DNA of 15,616 bases from assembly GCA_044222475.1 (NCBI GenBank), contig JBGANF010000167.1, forward strand, positions 1-15,616. The letters run 5' to 3'. The translations under genes and the position numbers were made by a program. The notes beneath the pieces were generated by a model. It was not told where the DNA came from, did not search any database, and saw only the letters and a program-made list of their open reading frames with translations. Numbering within the stretch: position 1 is the stretch's first letter; each line of letters starts with the position of its first letter. This DNA is from Polyangiaceae bacterium (GTDB taxonomy: Bacteria; Myxococcota_A; Polyangia; Polyangiales; Polyangiaceae). Below are positions 6,645 through 13,029 of the stretch, one piece after another.

Positions 6645-9196
6645 TTGCCGAGGACCGCGCCCCAGGCCTCGTTCGAGCGCTCGACGAGGAGCTTGCGCAG
6701 CGCCGCCGTGGCCGCAGCCTCGAGCGCGCGCACGCGGGCGAGCTTCGACTCGAGCACGCCGTGGACGAACGGAAACACGTCTCCGACGATCTCGATCTCG
6801 AGCGCGATGCGCAGGAGGGCCTGCTCGTCAGTGAGGACGTGGAAGTAGCCCGACTGAGCGAACGCGTGAAGTCGGTCCTCTGCCGAGCCAGTGGCCGAGA
6901 ACATCTCCTCGCCCCAGCGCTCGAGGAACGTCACCGAGCGCTCGAGTCGGTCGACGTCGAGCGCGGCGACGGCCTTCGCGACGTCTTCGGGCAGCGATCG
7001 GGCGAGCGCCGCGAGTGCATCGGCGTTCGCCTTCGCGTCGTCGCTCACGGTGACCGCCGGGAGCCTCAAGGCCACGTCGAGCAGCGTGAACGCCCCGGGA
7101 ACGCGCTGATCCTCCTTGCGTAGCTTGCGGTACTGCGCGCGGTCGAGCGGGGTGAGCGCGAGCGGCGGTTGCGCCTCTGCCGTGCGGACGATCGCGCGGG
7201 CGACGAGGGTGACGAGATCGCTGCTCTTCAGCACGTCGCGAAGCCCGCGCGTCTGGAGCAGCGCGAGGAGCTTGTCGACCTGGGCGACGAGCTTCACTCG
7301 ATCGACGTTCTTCAGTCGAGTGAACGTGGCGTCGATCAACGGCGCGATCCGTGGGCTGACCACGGTCGCCTTGAGCTGGGCGTCGCGCACGCCGAGCCGC
7401 AGGAGCCGCTGCGACTGGTCCTCGAGGACGTCGAACGGCTTCGCCAGCGCGGCCAGGAGGCCGTCGAGCTCGTTACCCGCGTTCAGCGAGAGCGCAGCAG
7501 CGACGTCGCGTTGGAAGCCGAGGTCGAGGATCGCTGCGACGTCCGACTGGGCCTGTAGGAGCGCGCGATCCCAGCCCTCGGCGAGCGCGGTTCCGCTCTC
7601 GTCGGCGCCGCTCGCGAGCAGCTTCTGGCGGAGCTCGTGGAGACGTTCGATCGGCTCGAGCCGTTTGTCGACGATGGGCACCGCGTTGGCGACACTCCCG
7701 GGAGGCACCTTCAGATCGTCGAGCGTGGAACCAAGGCTCGCGCTTCCGAGCTCCAGCGTGCGGACCACGAGGTGGAGGGCACGACCGCGGAGCCAGCGCG
7801 CGGTGAGGCGGCCCGTCGCCGAAGCCTTCTCGATGTGATCGGCCAACGCGGCTAGGAGGCCGACGACCTTGTCCGCCGCGACGTCGTCGAGAGCGCTCGC
7901 GCGCACGTTCGCCCGCAGGGCACGGTCGGTGAGCTCCGCGACCGCGCTCCTGAGCAGTTGTTGTACCTTCTCCGGATTCTCCGCCGTCACCTCGGCGAGT
8001 GCACGCGTCGTGTCGACGAGCTTCTTCGTGTCGAGCTTCGTCGGGTCGGCGGCGGCGGCGACCGCAGCGACGGCGCGCGCCGCGTCCTTCGACGCCTTCC
8101 TCTTCGGCACGGTGAGCGGCAGCACTTTGTTCACGGCGCGCTGGAAGACCTCGCGCTCCGTGCGCACGATGGCGAGCTGGCGGCGCTCGCGAGCGTCGGT
8201 CTCCTTGGCGAAGATCGCAGCGAGCGACTCCGGTCGCGGGCCAGCGAGGATCAGGCTGGTCGAGAGAGCGCGCAGATCGTTGCCCTCGACCTCGAGCGGG
8301 CGGTCCTTGCGAAAGAAGAGGCGATCGAAGACGCAGACCGCGCGGAGGAGCTTGCCGAGGCGAACGGCGGTGCGGGTCGAGAGGTAGCGTGTCGGGAGGA
8401 AGTCCGGGTCGCCGCGCTCGGCGGCGGCGAGCTCCTCGTCGAGGATGCCGAGCATTCGGGCGAGGCCGTCCAGGACCTCGTCGGGAACGGCGATCGAGTC
8501 GACGACGGCTTGGAGCGCGTCGAGGTCTTGGATCGTGAGCTCCGCCGAGAGCTGACCGCCGGACGCGACCTGGCGCTTCAGCACGTTGGCGAGGTTCGCG
8601 TTGCTCGCGAAGCCTTTGGGAACGAACGCGACGAACGCGATGCGATCGACGAACGCGAGGAGTGTCTCGCGCGAGCCTTCGAGGACCTCCGCGAGGTAGC
8701 GGTTGGTCGTCATGAGCGCGCACTCGATCTCGCCGCGCGTCGTCTTCGTTCCTTGCTTGAGCTCGCGCTCTTGCAGCACGTTCAACGTCGAGCGGAGGAG
8801 CATGTCTCGCCCGTCGAACACCTCGTCGAGGAACGCGTGCACCGCGCCGAGCATGCCTTCGTCGGTGAAGTGCTCGGTGCGCCCCGTCTCCATGAGGGTC
8901 TTGAAGTTGATCGGGCCGACGAGGTCGGTCTGGACGGTGCTCTCGGTGAACTGGCGCGCGAAGATGCTCGGTGCGCGGCTCTTCTCGTCGACCACGCGGC
9001 GCAGCACCGCCGACGCGACTCCGCTCTTCGCCGTTCCAGGCGGACCCGTCATGAGCACGTGCTCGCGCGAGAGCAGCGCGAGCGCGATCTGGGTGAGGAG
9101 CTCTTCGCGCTCGACGAACGCGCGCCCCAGCTCCTCGAAGAAGGCAACGAAGCGCGCGCCTGCGGCTTCGAACCGCGCGGGATCGACGTTCTGCAT
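6641..9196 (-). CDS. MoxR-family AAA+ ATPase, RavA-like, with a C-terminal helical extension of about 480 aa (851 aa)
   Basis: FVEREELL...LALLSREHVLMTGPPGTAKS (Walker A), AFLDEVF (Walker B), LNVLQER, MTTN (sensor 1), AFVDR (Arg finger), YLSTRTAVR (sensor 2); collinear with RavA motifs GPPGIAKS, FLDEIW, ALYDR, YVSDRR. Confidence 0.92.
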   Translation of the reverse strand: MQNVDPARFEAAGARFVAFFEELGRAFVEREELLTQIALALLSREHVLMTGPPGTAKSGVASAVLRRVVDEKSRAPSIFARQFTESTVQTDLVGPINFKTLMETGRTEHFTDEGMLGAVHAFLDEVFDGRDMLLRSTLNVLQERELKQGTKTTRGEIECALMTTNRYLAEVLEGSRETLLAFVDRIAFVAFVPKGFASNANLANVLKRQVASGGQLSAELTIQDLDALQAVVDSIAVPDEVLDGLARMLGILDEELAAAERGDPDFLPTRYLSTRTAVRLGKLLRAVCVFDRLFFRKDRPLEVEGNDLRALSTSLILAGPRPESLAAIFAKETDARERRQLAIVRTEREVFQRAVNKVLPLTVPKRKASKDAARAVAAVAAAADPTKLDTKKLVDTTRALAEVTAENPEKVQQLLRSAVAELTDRALRANVRASALDDVAADKVVGLLAALADHIEKASATGRLTARWLRGRALHLVVRTLELGSASLGSTLDDLKVPPGSVANAVPIVDKRLEPIERLHELRQKLLASGADESGTALAEGWDRALLQAQSDVAAILDLGFQRDVAAALSLNAGNELDGLLAALAKPFDVLEDQSQRLLRLGVRDAQLKATVVSPRIAPLIDATFTRLKNVDRVKLVAQVDKLLALLQTRGLRDVLKSSDLVTLVARAIVRTAEAQPPLALTPLDRAQYRKLRKEDQRVPGAFTLLDVALRLPAVTVSDDAKANADALAALARSLPEDVAKAVAALDVDRLERSVTFLERWGEEMFSATGSAEDRLHAFAQSGYFHVLTDEQALLRIALEIEIVGDVFPFVHGVLESKLARVRALEAAATAALRKLLVERSNEAWGAVLGK

Positions 9197-9203
9197 CGCG
9201 GCG

Positions 9204-9212
9204 ATGCTATCA
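9204..9212 (-). promoter_or_regulatory. Candidate extended -10 (TGaTAGCAT) 7 nt before the ATPase ATG; leaderless-type promoter
   Basis: Minus strand reads gcggTGaTAGCATcgccgcgATG in the 24-bp gap; no clear Shine-Dalgarno. Confidence 0.45.
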
Positions 9213-9220
9213 CCGCTGCG

Positions 9221-10018
9221 TCAGTGATCGCGGGGCGCCTCGATCCAGGGCATCGCCGCGGCGATCTCGTCGACCCTTCGCTCCAGGTAGCAGGTCCCCA
9301 GATCGATGGACTGCTTGCCGAAGCAGGTCGCGTCGTCGTGGACGGTGTAGGTGCCGCCGGCGGCGCCGTGCGAGATCGTCAGCGTGGCGGTCGGTGTGTC
9401 GGTGACCCCCGAGTCGTAGACGGGGGGTCCCTTCTCGAAGCTCATCCGGACGAAGGCGTCGAAGAGCGATCGCGCCTTGGCCGGGTCGATGCGACGGGTC
9501 GCGCTCCCCATCTTCGCGACGAAGCCCTTCCCCTCCCAGCTCACCAGGCCGTCGGCGCGGACGGTGAGATCGTAGATGGGGCACTCGCCGTAGCACGCGC
9601 CGCGAGAGAGCGTGATCCATGCATCCGGAGCGGGCGGCGGGGGATTCGACTTCGCGGCGACTGCGCAGTAGCCGAGGCGACCCATCAACGCGTCGTCGAT
9701 CGCCTTGGCGAGCGCCGGCTTCTTCGCGCGGTCGACCTCGTAGCGCTCGATCCCGCCGGCGACCTCGGTGGCGGCGTCGCAATCGTCGCGCCCATACGCG
9801 GCTTGCAGAGCGAGGGCGTCATAGAGAAGGTACGAGCTCTCGTCGTGCGCGAGCTTCTGCAGCGCAGCCGCGCGCCCGGTCGCGCAGGCTTTGTCGCCGA
9901 GGCACGCGGGAGCGGCTGGGGCGGCGATCGGACCGCCGCCGCGCTTCTTCAGCCAGAGCGCAACCCCGCCAGCCAACGCGATCGCGACGCACGCGCCGGC
10001 GAGCCACTTGGCTCTCAC
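9221..10018 (-). CDS. Exported or membrane-anchored DUF6438-domain protein (265 aa)
   Basis: Likely start GTG 10018, preceded by GAGGAG and overlapping the TetR stop; N-terminal anchor RAKWLAGACVAIALAGGVALWL; C-terminal ITLSRGACYGECPIYDLTVRADGLVSWEGKGFV...TDTPTATLTI fits DUF6438. Confidence 0.8.
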   Translation of the reverse strand: MRAKWLAGACVAIALAGGVALWLKKRGGGPIAAPAAPACLGDKACATGRAAALQKLAHDESSYLLYDALALQAAYGRDDCDAATEVAGGIERYEVDRAKKPALAKAIDDALMGRLGYCAVAAKSNPPPPAPDAWITLSRGACYGECPIYDLTVRADGLVSWEGKGFVAKMGSATRRIDPAKARSLFDAFVRMSFEKGPPVYDSGVTDTPTATLTISHGAAGGTYTVHDDATCFGKQSIDLGTCYLERRVDEIAAAMPWIEAPRDH

Positions 10019-10599
10019 CGTCTCCTCGCCGGAAACTGCGGGATCGTGTCTCGCGCCGGCGAGCCGATCTGGTCGAGCGCGGCGACGCTCATCTTCCTGA
10101 TCATCGCCTCGAGCGAGGCGGCGTCGAGGTCGCCACGCTCTTCGAGCCACCAGACGATCGTGTCGACGATGGCGCCGCCGATGAAGCGAGCGGTGGCGTC
10201 GCGCTCGGATTCGCCGGCGTGCGTTCGCCGCGGGTCGATGTCGAGGATGACGAGCTGAGCGACGAGCTTGTGCAGCCGCGGCACGACCGTCAGGGCGTCG
10301 CGCTTTCGAAGCGCCCGAGTCAGCGGGTAGTACTCCTTCACCTGCGCGATGAGATCGCGGAGGAACGCGAAGGGTCGATCGTCGACGCGCTTCAGCGTGC
10401 CCGGGAGATCCTCGAAGCCGCTCAGGAGGACCTCCTCCTTGTCGGCGAAGTGCGCGACGAATGAAGCGCGGGAGATGCCGGCCTGGACGCAGATCGTCTG
10501 GACGCTCGTCTTCTGCCACCCGTGCTCGAGGACGGACGCGAGGAGCGCCTGGCGCAACATCCGCCGCGTGCGGAGCGTGCGTCGGTCCATCGGTTTCAT
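10015..10599 (-). CDS. TetR/AcrR-family transcriptional regulator
   Basis: MDRRTLRTRRMLRQALL...GWQKTSVQTICVQAGISRASFVAHFADKEEVL HTH; C-terminal FIGGAIVDTIVWWLE. Start is ATG 10599 or 10590. Confidence 0.9.
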   Translation of the reverse strand: MKPMDRRTLRTRRMLRQALLASVLEHGWQKTSVQTICVQAGISRASFVAHFADKEEVLLSGFEDLPGTLKRVDDRPFAFLRDLIAQVKEYYPLTRALRKRDALTVVPRLHKLVAQLVILDIDPRRTHAGESERDATARFIGGAIVDTIVWWLEERGDLDAASLEAMIRKMSVAALDQIGSPARDTIPQFPARRR

Positions 10600-10601
10600 G
10601 C

Positions 10602-10618
10602 GCGAACGCGATGTTCGC
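10602..10618. promoter_or_regulatory. Palindrome GCGAAC-N5-GTTCGC, candidate TetR operator
   Basis: Inverted repeat directly upstream of the TetR start codon, where autoregulatory operators usually lie. Confidence 0.4.
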
Positions 10619-10636
10619 ACGAACGCCGCGCCGGGG

Positions 10637-10741
10637 TCACTTCAAGAGAGCGCTGATCTGGTTCGCGAGCGGTGCGAGGTCGATCCCCATCGCGGTGAGG
10701 AGCGTCGCGTGCACGTCCGGCGGGCGTACCAGGGTGCCCGT
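10637..10741 (-). pseudogene. Orphan 3' fragment of a DUF1501-family gene
   Basis: Minus frame gives TGTLVRPPDVHATLLTAMGIDLAPLANQISALLK*, resembling the DUF1501 C-terminal DxHATLLxxLGID motif; in-frame TGA just upstream (10756-10754) and no plausible start ahead of the motif. Confidence 0.6.
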
Positions 10742-10901
10742 GCGCGTGCGCGATCAGCGAAGAATCCTGCTGAACAGGGTGACGATCTGGTCTCTGCGCG
10801 TCGACGTATGCGGCGATTCCACACACGTCGCGCCGGATGGAAAGGAGATTCGCGAGCGCGGTCTCGACCAGGAAGAGCAGTCGCGATCGCGCACGCGCAC
10901 G
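10739..10901. repeat. 163-bp element bounded by perfect 17-bp inverted repeats
   Basis: CGTGCGCGTGCGCGATC (10739-10755) is the exact reverse complement of GATCGCGCACGCGCACG (10885-10901); GACGAG/CACGAG/GACGAG hexamers follow at 10910-10927. Confidence 0.75.
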
Positions 10902-10955
10902 CGCGCCAGGACGAGCACGAGGACGAGGGTCGACGATCATGAAGACACGCCCTAG

Positions 10956-12527
10956 CTAGTCCGCGTTCGAGAGAGCGGCCGCGACCTTGCCATCGGCGCC
11001 AACGGCGATGGCGAACCAATCATGCGGTTCGGAGTAGGGCTCCGTTGCCGTCCAGGTGATCAGGGCAAAACCGCCAACGACGTCGAACGAGTACTCGTAT
11101 CGCCGGTCTCTGAAGCCGGTCACGAACACCGTCTTTCGTTGGTCGGTGTGCTCGAGCGGTATGACCGTGACGAGCAGCGCACCTTCGTAATCGCGGAGTG
11201 CGTAGAGCGTCTTGTCGGTGGCTGCGAACCGATCCTGCAGGTCTCCGTGGTAGTCGCCGAGGCTCACCGGCGTGCAAGCGCTCTGGGTGCAGCGTTGAAC
11301 GGTGAGCGGGAACCAATCCGTAACCGTCGCCGAATCGCCGCTGCAGTCGAGCGAGCGACCTTTCATGGGCCAATCGAGCGGGTGGAGCTTCCACGTCCCG
11401 TCGCGGGTGCCGACGGCGAGCTTCGGATCCATGTCGACGAAGAGCGAATCCGCGACGCAGACCCCATAGGTCCGAGGCATGACATATCGGCTTTTCGGGA
11501 GGCTCTCGGAGGGGCTCAGCACCATCGGCTTGGCGTCGATACCGTCACGCAAATCCACGACCGACAGCGGCTGCGTGTAGTCGGGCGGCCATACGCCGCG
11601 GAACCCTCCTTTGAACACGACCCAATCCTCGACTCGTTGCGTGCTGCGAGTGACGGGCACGAACTTCGGGTCTCTTCGGATCTCTTTTCCCCCTCGAATC
11701 TCCGCCAACAAGCCACCTTGGTACGCGACGACCGTCCCGTCGCTTCGCGAGCAAGCGAACTCCCATGGGTCCGGCACGCCGAGGGCCGCTCCGTGATCGT
11801 CGACGAGCTGCACGTCACCATCGGGGTTCGGGTTCGCCGCGATCGAGCGCGCACCCGGGCGCACATCGATGAAGACGTGCTGGTCCGTTGCGCCGCACGT
11901 AGCGATCAAGGTGCTGGAGATGGTGCACGAGGTCGGGGTATCGGGGGGCCGACCTTCCTCGTGGTAGCGCAAGAAGCCGAACGTCAGCCCGCGTTGGTCC
12001 CGAACGCGCGGCTCGAAGTCGCGCTCGTCTGCTCGATGGATGGGGCGTAGCTTGGTAATGTCGACCGCTGGTGCCACCGGAGCCGGCGGGAGCGGCACAC
12101 TCGGATCGGGCGCGTCCACCCAGAAGGCGCGAAACGGGGCAGCGGTCTCGGCGAGGTACTTCGTCGCTTTGTCGACGTCATCGCGATGGACGAGCGTGTC
12201 GGAGACGACCCCGAGCTTGGCGGCCGCTTGATACGCCGTGAACGCCGCCTCGTAGTACGGCTTGCAGCGAGCGAGGTAGCGAACGCGTCCTTCGTCGTTG
12301 CCGAGCACGATCGCGATGCCGACGTCACGTACGGCGGCATCGACGTCACCCGTGTTGCGGCCCATCGCGCACGCGCAGAAGTTCGATGCCGCATGTTCGA
12401 GCTCATCGCGCGCGCGATTACGCTCGTAGGCAAGTCGCACCGGGTTGTTCGGAACGAGCGCGATCGCCGCAACGCCAATGACGGCGACGATGCCGACTCC
12501 AATCGCCCTTCGCTTCCACGGCCCCAT
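10956..12527 (-). CDS. Hypothetical membrane-anchored Cys-rich protein (about 523 aa)
   Basis: Long ORF with protein-like composition; N-terminal TM (AIGVGIVAVIGVAAIALV), helical region with FCACAMG, Pro linker, then a beta-rich region with paired Cys. ATG 12527 preferred over GTG 12530 because TAACCT lies 7 nt upstream. Confidence 0.8.
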   Translation of the reverse strand: MGPWKRRAIGVGIVAVIGVAAIALVPNNPVRLAYERNRARDELEHAASNFCACAMGRNTGDVDAAVRDVGIAIVLGNDEGRVRYLARCKPYYEAAFTAYQAAAKLGVVSDTLVHRDDVDKATKYLAETAAPFRAFWVDAPDPSVPLPPAPVAPAVDITKLRPIHRADERDFEPRVRDQRGLTFGFLRYHEEGRPPDTPTSCTISSTLIATCGATDQHVFIDVRPGARSIAANPNPDGDVQLVDDHGAALGVPDPWEFACSRSDGTVVAYQGGLLAEIRGGKEIRRDPKFVPVTRSTQRVEDWVVFKGGFRGVWPPDYTQPLSVVDLRDGIDAKPMVLSPSESLPKSRYVMPRTYGVCVADSLFVDMDPKLAVGTRDGTWKLHPLDWPMKGRSLDCSGDSATVTDWFPLTVQRCTQSACTPVSLGDYHGDLQDRFAATDKTLYALRDYEGALLVTVIPLEHTDQRKTVFVTGFRDRRYEYSFDVVGGFALITWTATEPYSEPHDWFAIAVGADGKVAAALSNAD

Positions 12528-12558
12528 CACCCCGAGGTTAGGTGATTCAAACCTGGTT

Positions 12559-12726
12559 TCAACGCTTGTGGCGCGCCGTCAGAATCTGGAAATACCGATG
12601 CGCGACACCGGACGCCGCCGCAGCTCGGCTGATGTTGCCGCCGTATCGTTCCAGCAATCGCGCGACGTAGGCCTCTTCGAAGCGGGCGATCGCGAGCTGG
12701 TCTCGGCGCGCGCTCGCCTGATGGAT
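12559..12726 (-). pseudogene. Isolated Fis-type HTH (HTH_8), the C-terminus of a sigma54-dependent activator; remnant or micro-protein
   Basis: QLAIARFEEAYVARLLERYGGNISRAAAASGVAHRYFQILTAR* matches the tail of NtrC-type activators; no AAA+/GAFTGA domain upstream. Confidence 0.75.
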
Positions 12727-12827
12727 GGACTCAGCTCCTTCCCCGTCCCGGTCGCACCCTCGCACCCCCGACCGACCGCACCAAAGGTCGACTCTGGCGG
12801 CGACGACGCGGCGGCGGCGGTGCCATC

Positions 12828-12928
12828 ACCCAGGTCAACACGGCCACGATCGACGGCGACGGTGTGGTCTTGGTCACCGCTGCCTGGGTCTTCTGGGTCT
12901 CCGCGGGCGAGCTGCGATTTCTCGCCCG
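12828..12928. repeat. Intergenic hairpin/repeat tract
   Basis: ACCCAGG 12828-12834 and CCTGGGT 12883-12889 are inverted and enclose GACGGC-GACGGT hexamers; a separate 8-bp stem CGGGCGAG/CTCGCCCG spans 12904-12928. Confidence 0.4.
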
Positions 12929-13029
12929 GTGAGGAGCGCGAAAGGTCGTTGAGCCGATTCCGTCGGCCGGGAGCCACTTCCTTTCATCTCTAGCGCAGTG
13001 CGCCATGGCGCGCTAAACGGTGACTCCCC

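Noticed and set aside
1968..9196. MoxR-vWA-beta-propeller ternary conflict system using the Ycf48-like gene
   Set aside because: The propeller is an exported lipoprotein on the opposite strand in a different operon; no evidence of linkage.
7958..10258. 766-aa plus-strand ORF and similar long antisense ORFs (4350..5549, 5808..6848, 12874..14223)
   Set aside because: Shadow frames expected in high-GC DNA opposite well-supported genes; no recognisable motifs.
10019..10519. N-terminal extension of the DUF6438 ORF (432 aa in the track)
   Set aside because: It overlaps TetR out of frame; RBS and membrane anchor place the start at GTG 10018.
10739..12928. CRISPR array, integron or diversity-generating retroelement
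   Set aside because: No regularly spaced direct repeats, integrase, reverse transcriptase or template/variable repeat pair was seen.
12991..13020. Sigma54 promoter at TGGCGC
   Set aside because: No TTGC-like -12 element at the required spacing on either strand.
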